A stretch of 62,817 nucleotides of DNA, the filler included, from Aduncisulcus paluster (lineage: Eukaryota): NCBI GenBank assembly GCA_024181965.1. It is 7 parts of 7 records of this genome, joined end to end, with 100 filler letters (N's around TTAATTAATTAA, not from the genome) between each part and the next. Parts side by side here need not be neighbours in the genome. Positions count along the whole stretch, not along the records: positions 1 to 22,108 come from BQXS01011139.1; 6 more parts are not named here. One strand, written 5' to 3'. Of the stretch, positions 11,231-22,208 are shown piece by piece. The translations under genes and the position numbers were made by a program. The notes under the pieces were generated by a model, which did no database searches, was not told the DNA's origin, and was given only the letters and a program-made list of their open reading frames with translations. Numbering within the stretch: the stretch's first letter is position 1; each line of letters opens with the position of its first letter.

Positions 11231-13141
11231 TTACAAACAGTTCTGATAGGCTGTCCTGTACAAGAATGTGGATTTGTCCAGAGATTTGTCAGAGTCCCAA
11301 AGGTTATATATAGCAATGAAAGCACCATTGGGGTAAGAAAAGAGGGCACAGAGGGCAACAACGAACAAATAAAAGACAATAAAACTCTTCATACCACTCT
11401 CAATCCTTTGAGGAACCTTATTAATATACAATAGTCTGCACTTATCAACAAAGATCTCGACAAAGTTGGCAAAAGCGCCGAGGAGGGGTAATAAGGGAGA
11501 TCCAAGTGTCCCAAAATAGATCTGAGTAAGACGGTAGAACATCTCAAGGTACTCGTCAGAGAGATCGAAGGGAGAACGCAACTCCTCGTCAGATTTGTTA
11601 CTCTTCATGCATCGACCGAGACCATATGAAAGCACGGGCACACCAAGCTCAATGGCGTTGAATACAGTTAATTCCATGATAACTGAAGTGGTGAACTGAC
11701 GACCAGAACCTCCAAGCGGACACACAGCCTCTTCGGAACTGTCAGAAGCTGTAAGACCAGAGATAGCATACAAGGCAACAAGATTGACCATTTTGAAAAG
11801 GAAAATCTTCACCAATGTTCCTCTTCTTGTGACTGACCAAGTAGTAGGGCGTTCAAGCTTCTCAGTAAGCATCTTACCAACACTTTTCCACACAACATTG
11901 AGGACAGTAATAGAAATGGACACAACAGTGGGAAGGTATTGGCTCCAAGCAGAATCAGTGTCGGTTTTGATGTGGTAAAGACCCCAGATAGCTGCGACAG
12001 CCACACAAATACTGATAATGAAGATGGTCCAGGACAAGAACTTACGGAAGAGATGTTGTCCGCTTGAGATATTCATGTTCTCAGGTCTTTCGTCAGATAG
12101 AGAGCTTCCAGCCTCGGCACCAGCGCTGTACGGGTTCTCCATGTCCCCATCGTCGTAGTCATCATCATCATTGTCCTCAACATAATCATCACCAACCACA
12201 GCTCGAAGGGCTTCAATTCTGGCTTGACGGTCTTCTTGTTTCACAATTTTAGAGTAAGAGGTCATAGCAATTCCATAGGTAATACCACTGATGAACCACA
12301 GGAAAACAGTTCCAATAGCCGAGATCCTCCAAGATTTTTGAACATAGGGGAAAGTCTCACCGGAGTAGAAGAGTAAATCAGACATTTGTTCAGGCAAATC
12401 AAGCATGTACTTCTTCTTGGCAATGAAATAATGGATAACGGGAATGGAAGAAAAGACGACTTGGGCAAGATTCATAAAAGCAATGAACATCACAAAGAAG
12501 AAATAATACCGAATACCGTGACCATAAACTTCTCCGAGCTTACGCAAAGGAGAAGAGCAGAATTTGAGACGGCCTCTGAAAAAGTATTCAACGTCAGCAC
12601 CTTGGAATCCAAGAGAGAGGGCTTGAAGTGTCTTAGCGTTAACTAATTGCTCTTTTCCTCTTCCGAGATGTTTCCTCTTGGCCTGTTTCTTCTTAATAAT
12701 TTTCTCTTCAGCAAAAAATTCAGGAGTTCCAAATGGAGCATCGATATCGTCACCAGCACCTGTCAAAGCATGAATGGCTGCATCAACGGCAGCCTCCATC
12801 TTTCCAGCAAGGCTAGATTCGGAGGAGGTAGAAGATTCTTCGACAGGAGCATCATCTTCATCAAATTTGATGTAAGATTCTGTAATGATAGCCGGGCAAT
12901 TTTTGATTTCTTGCATCCTTTTCTTAGCTTTCTTTGATAATTTGTACTTTTTTTGTTTGTCGGGCACATCCTGATCTTCTTCAGATTTAAAGGTATGATC
13001 AGTCTTTTCAGATTGTCCAATAGGAACAATGACAACGGCAGCATCAGTTTCTTCTCTGGGATCGGGTTTTCCAACTTCTTCTATAATACTGCTCTCATCA
13101 ACTTCCATCACAGCTGGTTGCATTTCTTGTTCAGAACTCAT
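11231..13141 (-). CDS. TMC (transmembrane channel-like)/anoctamin superfamily membrane protein
   Basis: 636 aa with multiple TM helices. TMC-like YGHGIRYYFFF..FIAFMN and CPLGGSGRQF, plus FDLSDEYLEMFY...SPLLPLLGAFANFVEIFVDK. Confidence 0.8.
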   Translation of the reverse strand: MSSEQEMQPAVMEVDESSIIEEVGKPDPREETDAAVVIVPIGQSEKTDHTFKSEEDQDVPDKQKKYKLSKKAKKRMQEIKNCPAIITESYIKFDEDDAPVEESSTSSESSLAGKMEAAVDAAIHALTGAGDDIDAPFGTPEFFAEEKIIKKKQAKRKHLGRGKEQLVNAKTLQALSLGFQGADVEYFFRGRLKFCSSPLRKLGEVYGHGIRYYFFFVMFIAFMNLAQVVFSSIPVIHYFIAKKKYMLDLPEQMSDLLFYSGETFPYVQKSWRISAIGTVFLWFISGITYGIAMTSYSKIVKQEDRQARIEALRAVVGDDYVEDNDDDDYDDGDMENPYSAGAEAGSSLSDERPENMNISSGQHLFRKFLSWTIFIISICVAVAAIWGLYHIKTDTDSAWSQYLPTVVSISITVLNVVWKSVGKMLTEKLERPTTWSVTRRGTLVKIFLFKMVNLVALYAISGLTASDSSEEAVCPLGGSGRQFTTSVIMELTVFNAIELGVPVLSYGLGRCMKSNKSDEELRSPFDLSDEYLEMFYRLTQIYFGTLGSPLLPLLGAFANFVEIFVDKCRLLYINKVPQRIESGMKSFIVFYLFVVALCALFSYPNGAFIAIYNLWDSDKSLDKSTFLYRTAYQNCL

Positions 13142-13510
13142 TCTATAAATAATAAATCAATTCNNNNNNNNNNNNNNNNNNNNTCTTCGACAGGAGCATC
13201 ATCTTCATCAAATTTGATGTAAGATTCTGTAATGATAGCCGGGCAATTTTTGATTTCTTGCATCCTTTTCTTAGCTTTCTTTGATAATTTGTACTTTTTT
13301 TGTTTGTCGGGCACATCCTGATCTTCTTCAGATTTAAAGGTATGATCAGTCTTTTCAGATTGTCCAATAGGAACAATGACAACGGCAGCATCAGTTTCTT
13401 CTCTGGGATCGGGTTTTCCAACTTCTTCTATAATACTGCTCTCATCAACTTCCATCACAGCTGGTTGCATTTCTTGTTCAGAACTCATTCTATAAATAAT
13501 AAATCAATTC
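12837..13510. other. Assembly artefact: duplicated flanks around 20-N gap (12837-13163 = 13184-13510)
   Basis: Direct repeat at offset 347 duplicates the 5' end of the TMC gene (ORF 13138-13488). Confidence 0.9.
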
Positions 13511-14016
13511 ACTAGAGTAAAATACAAGGTAGAATGACTAAAAAAAAATTGTTTTGGAGAGTGTAATTGACACAAATTCGCCTAAACTTTCACTCCTGAG
13601 TGTCGCAAGCACAAACTGATACTTCTGTTACCTCCACAGCTATTATGTTGTAAATGCAATAAGTTTCTATTTTTTTCGTGTCATGTTTCATGAGAGATTT
13701 CCCACTCTGATGTTTGGACAGATTGATCCTGCTTAGCTGTCTGTTCAATATCGTTTTATTAATGAAATTTTGGGTCAAATTTCGGAAAGTACTAATATTT
13801 CACCAAAGAAATAATAATATTTTGAACGAAAACTCCAGCGCAGAAAAAACTGAGATGATAGAAAACATGATATTTTACTTTTAATATCAATAGGTTCATT
13901 GATATTTATATTCAATGCCCAATTGTAAATTTCAAATAGACCGTTTTTTGAAGATATTCCAAAAAACGCAAGAAAATCATCATTGTTTGTCAAGGAAACA
14001 AAACAAGTCTTATCTC

Positions 14017-14463
14017 ATGGACGGAATGATGTCAGGAGAAGATGTATGTTTATTATAATGACACTCTTTTGTAAATTTACCCCTTTTTTTTTCTGAAGCT
14101 TACTTTTCGCTTTGTATCTTTGATTTTCCTTCTTTTCAATTGATATAGACGGTTTTTGCCGTCGACGAAATAACTACAATTTGTAAAGATGTTGTTGAAG
14201 CACAGCTTAAAGCCTTCACATATGCTCACTCAAAAGTCACGACTTGGACAAGTAATGTAATAGAAGAATCATTAAAAAAATTAACTGCATTGAACAAACC
14301 CTTTAAATATGTTGTGTCTTGTATTATAATGCAAAAGAATGGTGCTGGATTACATACGGCTTGTTCATGTTTTTGGGATCTTGGAACTGACGGATGTACA
14401 ACTGTTAGATGGGAAAATAGATCAATGTACTGTGTTTTAACCGTGTTTGGAATGGCTCTATAG
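14017..14463 (+). CDS. DYNLT1: Dynein light chain Tctex-type 1 (two exons: 14017-14043, 14149-14463; 113 aa)
   Basis: Spliced translation MDGMMSGED-TVFAVDEITTICKDVVE...LNKPFKYVVSCIIMQKNGAGLHTACSCFWDLGTDGCTTVRWENRSMYCVLTVFGMAL is a canonical Tctex1. Not in the ORF track. Confidence 0.95.
14044..14148 (+). other. Spliceosomal intron (105 nt) in DYNLT1
   Basis: GTATGT donor, pyrimidine-rich body, TAG acceptor. Removal gives a full-length in-frame protein. Confidence 0.88.
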
Positions 14464-14689
14464 ATTGTTAACATGGATATTTTTTCCGTGTTTGACTAGT
14501 TCGGTCACTATTTAAATTATGATATGTTGCTTATTATGTACATTTTTACAATGAAATAATCAATAAAATAGATTCATCTTGAAGTTTGCCAAGTCTCTTC
14601 GAGATCCCGGCGGGAGTTGAGGCCGAATTCAATTCAAGGAAATTCGGTGAAAAAAAAAAAAAAAATCAGGTTTGTAATGCGATTACAAG

Positions 14690-15616
14690 ATGGCTGACGA
14701 CCCAACAAATAATATGGGTTTGTTTATCGTTGTCCTTGGTTCTCTCATCGTTTTTATTCTTGTTATATTGGTTATTTTGGTCATCTACAAAATTCGACAA
14801 GAAAACCAACAGAATCCAGAGGGTATCGAAGATTATGAGGTTGCTAAAGCGGTACAGGGAAAAGATATGCTTCGATCCTCTCTCCAAGCAAACAAAATCG
14901 CTCAGGAAGTTGGATGGATTGAACCTGGTACTCCTCTTGCTCAGAGTGAAAGAGACGACGCCCAAAGCATAAAAGATGATTTAGATCTCGATTTATTGTC
15001 GGATTCTGCAACAGTGGCTGCAAATATTCAGAAAATTGGTGTTGATTCTAGTAACCCAGGAGAATCCACAATTGAACATGCCGTTCAAAAGCTACGATTA
15101 CTTCCTCCCGGGCCATCACGGGTCCAAAAACTCAGTAATATACTATTTCCAAGGAGTGCTTCCCATGATAGTGGTCTCAATAATTCTTCAAGTCTTCTTT
15201 TGGTGATGGACGAAACGCCTGGAGTCTCGCCCAAAGTTATAACTGATCAAACAGATTATGGCGAATCTGAAATGTTAACTATTCGTGCGGATCCTTCACT
15301 TGATATTATCTCACCCTCACCCGTTTCTGATATCGATCCGCCCTTAACTTCTCCTAGTTCACCTCTATCACCTCCCAAACAATCTCCTTCCCACTTGTCC
15401 ACAGTGTTTGAAGTGAATTCAATCGCTCCTACACCCTCTGACGGACGAAGCGAAGATTCAACTCAGGATAGAGAGTCATATACGACGACTCATTCAAGGT
15501 CTCAACATTTGTCCAAACGAGACCTTTCGGCCGTTAAAACGTCAGCAATAGGCCAAGAAACATCTCTTATTGCCACTGAAGATATGATATCCTCAGAAGA
15601 AGGTGATAAAGGTTGA
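14690..15616 (+). CDS. Hypothetical single-pass membrane protein with Ser/Pro-rich cytoplasmic region
   Basis: 308-aa ORF. N-terminal hydrophobic helix LFIVVLGSLIVFILVILVILVIY followed by KIR. Confidence 0.7.
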   Translation: MADDPTNNMGLFIVVLGSLIVFILVILVILVIYKIRQENQQNPEGIEDYEVAKAVQGKDMLRSSLQANKIAQEVGWIEPGTPLAQSERDDAQSIKDDLDLDLLSDSATVAANIQKIGVDSSNPGESTIEHAVQKLRLLPPGPSRVQKLSNILFPRSASHDSGLNNSSSLLLVMDETPGVSPKVITDQTDYGESEMLTIRADPSLDIISPSPVSDIDPPLTSPSSPLSPPKQSPSHLSTVFEVNSIAPTPSDGRSEDSTQDRESYTTTHSRSQHLSKRDLSAVKTSAIGQETSLIATEDMISSEEGDKG

Positions 15617-16404
15617 TATTGTATCATGGAATGTGGGATACATGTTGTAAGAAATTGTAGTACAATACAATACATCCCAAAGAAGAGATGTTTTAAATTT
15701 AAAATATAAATATATTAGGATGCATATAATTGAAGATTTGTTCATAAGGAATGGATTGTCATCCTTTCAACTCAGTGTAGTCATATCGTCAAATTAATAT
15801 TCATTGTACGGTATAGAACAGAATAGAGTTGAAATGGGGTTGATTCGGACGTGCAGAAACTATTTATATGAACATTGAAATAGTAGATGGCAGTATTATG
15901 ACATGCTTTCATGATATAATCATCTTTATTCTTCTCCATATTGTCTGTAGTCATTGTACAGTATAGAGTGGGATATCTATTCTTCTAATAGTCTAATATT
16001 TAATAATTCATACAAATAATCTATCATAATGCGTATTTATATGATCAGAGCAAGACTATAGTGCCTAATCTTATATTTTATGTCAGATGATCAAGGTACA
16101 GTATTATACAGCCAATCAACTGGCATAGATCACATATTTTCTCAGGACATCTTACATTGAATGTCGATATCATTCTTTAGAAAGTCTTGGATCTTAAGAA
16201 TAGCTTTTTATGGGAACATTATCACTATTTTCGGTTGTGAAATGGGACTATCATTTTTTATAATAGAATACTAGTATTTAGCATTGGCCAATTTATTTTT
16301 CGAACCAAAATCCGACAAATAAAGCACATAAATCACTTTTTATTTATTTATTTATTTTTTTTTTTTTTTTTTTTTGAAAATTGATTTTACAATTTCTGTA
16401 ACAT

Positions 16405-16869
16405 CTATTCGAACCTGACTTCCATCTTCTTTTCTTTCTGTTTCATGCCACATTTTTCATAAAACTTAACATTCTTTTCTGCACAATCCAAAATAACTTT
16501 GTAACAACCCAAAAGACGAGCCTTACCCACTAGATGGTGTACAAGGGATTTCCCAAGCCCTTTGCCTCTATAAGTTGAATCAACAACAACGTCTTCGATA
16601 TGTCCACATGAAGAACAAGAATGAATTAATTTTTTTTCAACAAATAATGTGGCAGAACCAATTATTTTCTTTGACGGAAGATGTTCGATTACAGCAACAT
16701 ATGTATTCTGAGATAGGGTTGCAAATGTAACAAAATTAACATATTGTTTATGTGACACTATTCCAACATCGGTGAGTTGAGCAAGAACTTCAAGGTGTTT
16801 CTTATAATAATCTCTTGGAACAGCTTGTCGAATTTCAAAACCTTCAGCAATATCACAAGTAAGTGTCAT
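16405..16869 (-). CDS. GNA1: Glucosamine-6-phosphate N-acetyltransferase (GNAT)
   Basis: LAQLT, EKKLIH, GHIEDVVVDSTYRGKGLGK, GCYKVILDC, FYEKCG. Confidence 0.93.
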   Translation of the reverse strand: MTLTCDIAEGFEIRQAVPRDYYKKHLEVLAQLTDVGIVSHKQYVNFVTFATLSQNTYVAVIEHLPSKKIIGSATLFVEKKLIHSCSSCGHIEDVVVDSTYRGKGLGKSLVHHLVGKARLLGCYKVILDCAEKNVKFYEKCGMKQKEKKMEVRFE

Positions 16870-17404
16870 GATAAAAATTAATATATATAAATTCAGAGGG
16901 AAAACGAAACATTGGGGAAGGGATAAGCGATCAAAAAAAAAATCATGTCATGAATCATGTACCACAATTATATGGAAGGGGGTATATTCATGGGACAATT
17001 TAAAATATATTATTGTAAGTACACAATAAAATGCATTATTTTAAGATAAATTGGCGTTGGTTCACTGGTAAAAGTTGGTTGTCATTAAACAGTTGAAATA
17101 GATAAATAACGAAAGTTTAAAGTCCTAATATCATATCAATACCTAAGAAAAATGAATAAATATCTGATAGTTTAAGAATAATTCAAACAAACAAGACACT
17201 TATAAAGAAGTTCGATGTTCGATACCAAATAACAATTATTTGAAAATTTTAAAAAATATCATACAAAATTATATTCAAATAGAATTTGATAACGTGCGAA
17301 AAAAGAATAAATTCAACTGGAACACTGAAAAAGTTCAAAATTGCCAAAAGTGAACACCTCTATCATATTTACAAATTTTTTACTGACTATTTTTTCATTA
17401 ATAT

Positions 17405-19377
17405 ATGTTAGCCGCCTCAAATTATCTCCTTAAAGAAGGTGCTGTTGATGGGTTTATCCTGTTCTTTCGTTTTATTCATTTTAAGCAACCCAACTTTGAA
17501 ATAACTCAACTTGATGATATCTCCCACTTGAAAGATGCTCCTAATACGCCTATGCATATTCCTCTTGATGATTTGAATCTATTTGCTCAAAAATTGGTGG
17601 AAGCTGAAAATGCCTGGCCGTCTTGTGAAGACGTTTATTCTTCCTATGTTTCCATTTCTCATCTATTTTCTGGTGAGATAACGCCACATGCCGTTTTGAT
17701 TGAGACGCCATTTTCTCCGGAAACTTCTTCTGATATTGTCGTGGCTGGAAATCATGAAAAACCGATTCCTGCATGTGTATTCTTTGCTGATAAGGCCCTT
17801 CAATCAGTTCTTGCTCTCGATGGATCAAATCAATTAAAAACTCTGGCTTATCATCGACTTGGACTTGAGTTGCAAAGAGTCGGATTCACTCGACGAGCTT
17901 GTTTGGCCTTTGAAAAGGCGATTGAGTTTGCTGCTCAAACTGATATTAAAGGGGTTGATAACCCTTCAAAAGATGAAGAGGAAGAATTGAAATTTGGAGA
18001 AAAGGCTGCCTTGCCTGGATCAGACCGTTTGTTTGTCCTCTCTGCAAGTCATATTCGTGGAATCAAACGGGTTTTGGCCCGTTTATTATGTTCTTTGGCC
18101 GAAGAAGTTATTTCTCAGAGCGATCCCTCCATATTGAAGACTATAACTCCTGCTCATTTCGATGAACTTGGGCCAGATGAAGAGATTGAGGGAAAACGCA
18201 GGTCCAAAACTCCCAAGGATAAAGATGAACCCANNNNNNNNNNNNNNNNNNNNCTTCAAAAGATGAAGAGGAAGAATTGAAATTTGGAGAAAAGGCTGCC
18301 TTGCCTGGATCAGACCGTTTGTTTGTCCTCTCTGCAAGTCATATTCGTGGAATCAAACGGGTTTTGGCCCGGTTATTATGTTCTTTGGCCGAAGAAGTTA
18401 TTTCTCAGAGCGATCCCTCCATATTGAAGACTATAACTCCTGCTCATTTCGATGAACTTGGGCCAGATGAAGAGATTGAGGGAAAACGCAGGTCCAAAAC
18501 TCCCAAGGATAAAGATGAACCCAAACCCTCGCCCAATGCTCTGACTCTTGATGATCTGGAGAAAACTGTTGATCTGCATGCTCGAGATGGTACAGATTCA
18601 TTGGCCAAGATACCCGCAAGTCCCACGACAAGTGGTATGCCGGTGAGTGGTTTAACCGTACTTTCTACCGTAGAAATCGATGATCCCAAGACAACTGTTT
18701 TCACTCAGCGTTCTATTCTCTTGAGAAGTGTTTCCTGTTACACCCGTGCATCTGAATTAATGATACAAATTGCTCCAACGGATTATTCTTTATCTGCCTC
18801 AATTCATCGTTCTCTCTGTCTCTTGTACCAACGTTTGAATCTCTATTCCCATGCCTTGGCCAGTGCAGAGCATCAACTGGAGATCGCTGTCGAGATTGAA
18901 GACAAAGATAAGCAATGTGATGCACTCGCTTCTCTTTCTGGGATCCATCGAATCATGAATAATAAGGAAAAAGCTGGAGAGTATCTTGAGAAATTGTATG
19001 GGATCACCCACAAGGGAGATGAACTATCTGACCTTCAAAGGGCAAGAGCAGCAGACTTTTTGGGTGAATTATATGCGAAAGCTGGAAGATCTGTCCAAAG
19101 CGTGGTGTTATTTAAAGAATTTTTTGAATTGGCCTTCAAGGGTGGTGATGAAGGGTTAGACACCGCTAGAGTTAAGTTAGGAGTCGCAAGAGGAACTAAA
19201 GAGGTTGAAGCTGTTTTTAAAAAGGTTGTAGGAGATAAATCCGCCAAAGTAAGCGGTGGTGGAAAGAAATCAGCATCTGCTAAATTGGGAATTGCGAATC
19301 CTCAGAATAGTTTGGCAGATTTTATGGATTGGAGGAGCGGAAAACTGTCAAGTACTAGAGTTTTTGATCAAAAATAA
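17405..19377 (+). CDS. TTC29: Tetratricopeptide repeat protein 29-like (flagellar), split by assembly gap
   Basis: Removing the 290-nt duplication plus gap fuses the two ORFs in frame (about 560 aa). N-terminal LLKEGAVDGFILFF, TPR helices and ARVKLGVARG resemble TTC29. Exact start uncertain. Confidence 0.7.
17964..18523. other. Assembly artefact: duplicated flanks around 20-N gap (18234-18253)
   Basis: Direct repeat at offset 290, with one mismatch (18082 T vs 18372 G, synonymous Arg). Confidence 0.9.
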
Positions 19378-19564
19378 GGGACATCCTCCACCTCATGTTA
19401 ACAAGTAAATTATTGAATATTTAAAAAATGGAATTATCATTAAATCATATATAACTGTTTGTTTTCTTCTAGCGAATGCGATTTTTGTCTTTTGGAAGCC
19501 GAGCCCACCGTGGCACGTGACGTGAGCCGAATTACAAATTCTTTTTTGAGTAAGAAATCATAAA

Positions 19565-20206
19565 ATGGCGGAAGTTCAACCTCCTAAAAAACCCCTTAAT
19601 GGGTATGTTTATATAATATTGTTGCTCTATTTACTGTTGCAATCACGATTTAACCTGTTTATCTCCATTTTGATTAGATACATGTTATACACCCAAGATC
19701 ACAGAAAAGAATTTGTAGCTGCGCATCCTGAAATGTCAATAACAGAGATTGGGAAAGCAATGGGAAAAATATGGAACGGATTACCCGAAGCTGAAAGGAA
19801 TCCATATGTGTCCCAATATAAGAAGGCTTATGCTGAATATGAGAAGAAAATGGCCATCTTCAAAAAAGAGAATCCTGAATGGAAACCTGTTAGGAAGGTA
19901 AAAATCAAGAAAACTGATATTTCTCAGCCAGTTTACTTTGAAGGTAAACAACTTTTTGTTGTATCTGTTTTCCGCCAACTTCATGATGAAAATGAAGTTT
20001 CTACCCCTTCTATGACTGCCAAGAGAATGATTGAAAAGAAATGGTCCACTTTGACCAAAGAACAAAAACATGCGTGGAATATTTTTGCTCTCAAGCTTTA
20101 TGATGAGGCTGTTAAAAAGGCGGATGAACATGTGAAGAAGATCAAAGAAACCCAAAAGAAAAAGAAAGAGGGGAAGAAGAAAGAGGAGAAGAAAAAGGAT
20201 GAATGA
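19565..20206 (+). CDS. HMG-box protein (HMGB/Nhp6-like, possibly two boxes); exons 19565-19602 and 19678-20206
   Basis: After splicing: PPKKPLNGYMLYTQDHRKEFVAAHPEMSITEIGKAMGKIWNGLPEAERNPY. Second degenerate box KKWSTLTKEQKHAW and a Lys-rich tail. Confidence 0.88.
   Translation: MAEVQPPKKPLNGYVYIILLLYLLLQSRFNLFISILIRYMLYTQDHRKEFVAAHPEMSITEIGKAMGKIWNGLPEAERNPYVSQYKKAYAEYEKKMAIFKKENPEWKPVRKVKIKKTDISQPVYFEGKQLFVVSVFRQLHDENEVSTPSMTAKRMIEKKWSTLTKEQKHAWNIFALKLYDEAVKKADEHVKKIKETQKKKKEGKKKEEKKKDE
19603..19677 (+). other. Spliceosomal intron (75 nt, in-frame, stop-free) in HMG-box gene
   Basis: GTATGT...ATTAG. Removal restores the PKKPxxxY(M/F)LY HMG motif. Confidence 0.85.
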
Positions 20207-20337
20207 TAATTGTTATATAGAAATAAAATTCCATTGATAGTTTGTTATTTCTGTTCAATTTTGTGATCCTTTGAATCTAATTTTGATCATACTACGATTT
20301 ACATTTTGTCTTGCTTTTTGAACGACAGATACTGATT

Positions 20338-22108
20338 ATGGCAAGATTAAAGCCGCCAAAAAATCAGTTTTCTTTGAAATATTTGAAGTATTTGTTCCGA
20401 TTAATTACTCAAGTTGTCCATAAGGGTCTGAATGCTTCTAATGCTCCCCAAGTCGTTAATGGAATTAAAGAATTGGCAGAAATTCTTGTATGGGGAGACC
20501 AAAATGATAATAAGTCCTTTTTTTTATTCTTTGTTGAAAATAAGATGATGAATCACTTAAACTACCTCCTAAAGTTCAAACCTTCACATTGTGAAGTTCA
20601 AAAACAGGTGATTCAAACGCTTTCCATTTTATTTCAAAACATAAAATCAGAAAAAACCTTCCCGTATCTATGTTCAAAGGTCAGTAATCTACTATCTCAT
20701 AAATTCTCACTTCATACCGAAGTTCTTGGTCAATATGTATCTTTTCTTAAAGTTATTGCACTTAATTTAAATGAAAATAGTATTCAATTCTTCTTTACCC
20801 CAAGGAAACATCATATTTCTTCAGTAGCTTCCCCCAATCCTTCTCTTCCAAGTTCCTCTGTGGCATCCATTGCCTCATCTTCTATTGGAAGCTCTCCCCC
20901 AACGACTGTCAATGGTTTCGATGCATCTTCAACGGTATCTCATAGTTTCCCACTTCTCCACTCTTCCATTCCTCTTCTGAGTCACTCAGATTCTCTGATA
21001 AGAACGAGTAGTGAGACTGTTCTTTTGCATATTCTTAAGCTTCAAACCCCTGCTCTCCCAGCATATCTTGCTGTTCACACGAAACCTCTCTGGATAAGTC
21101 TTGTTAAACGTCTCCGTGTTCATATTTCCCACCTTCACTCCTTAATTAAACATCCCGAGTTACACTCAGATTCCATGCTTTCGTCGACATTGCATGATGT
21201 GATTGATATGTGCTTCTTTATTGCCGATGTGCTTGAAGCTGATAATGTGGATGTAAATAAGGTCGTTGAAGGCGTATTATTCGAACAATGTATCCTTGTA
21301 TGGTGGTGTGTATTGGCTGTGTGTGGATGGGGGAGTGCCATCGATGAGGCCGAAGGACGCGGTGAACGGAGAGGAAGGATGGTCAGTGGACGTCGAGGAC
21401 TACCGCGGAAGAGAGAGGCTTTATTAAGAAAACAAATCAGTGAACACGAGTTACACACTCATGGCAAAGTTTCTGATCATCAGGGAACTTCTTCTCCCTC
21501 AAAACCTTCATCATCTCCTTCCATCCTGCGGTCTCCCACAAGAGATTCAAGGAGAAAGGGTGTGTTCAGTAGACATATCATATATTCCCTCCTGTCTACT
21601 TTCCTTATTCTATTTCCGACATCTCCCCTTATCTCTAAACTGCTCGCTATAATGTTTGTTCCACATCCTTTCCAGGTGTTGGTGCCAAGGATAGTTGTAA
21701 AAACACTCAGTGAAGAAGATAGGGTGAAAGAAGCGAGAAGAGAGAGACGGATGGAGAGAGAAAGAGAGAGGAAAGAGTTGGAAAGAGAGAAGAGGAAGAG
21801 GGAAGAGGAAGAGAAGAGAAAGGTCGAACTAAAATTAAGGAAAAAGAGCAATATAATTAAGCTTTCAAAGGAAGCTGGTATATCTCCTTCTCCCCCTCAT
21901 GGGGATGAAGAAGAAGCCAAGGAAGCCAAGGAAGACCAGGGTGAGCGTTCATCAAGCGTCAGCATACGATTGAAATCTGGAGCTGCTGTTAAGTACTGTG
22001 GTGGGGTTTGTATTCGGGTGTTTGTTCCGCTTTGTTCTGAAGTGTGTGGATGCATAGGAATCAATGTTGCAGGCTTTCTGAGACATTGGAACGAATGGAA
22101 AAGGAAAG
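20338..22108 (+). CDS. CLEC16A: CLEC16A/TT9/GOP-1 (FPL domain) protein, 3' truncated at segment end
   Basis: FSLKYLKYL, ELAEILVWGDQND..FF.FFVE, QVIQTLSILFQNI, YVSFLK.IAL.LN..SIQFFF. Confidence 0.85.
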
Positions 22109-22208
22109 NNNNNNNNNNNNNNNNNNNNNNNNNNNNNNNNNNNNNNNNNNNNTTAATTAATTAANNNNNNNNNNNNNNNNNNNNNNNNNNNNNNNNNNNN
22201 NNNNNNNN
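22109..22208. other. Artificial contig linker N44-TTAATTAATTAA-N44
   Basis: Six-frame stop linker. Identical 100-nt linkers at 27811-27910, 33605-33704, 38325-38424, 49232-49331 and 58532-58631. Confidence 0.95.

Noticed and set aside
13138-13488. Tandem partial duplicate of the TMC gene (and similar duplicates in RRM, TTC29, E(z) and HNH genes)
   Set aside because: Each duplicate exactly straddles a 20-N gap, which indicates unmerged contig overlaps.
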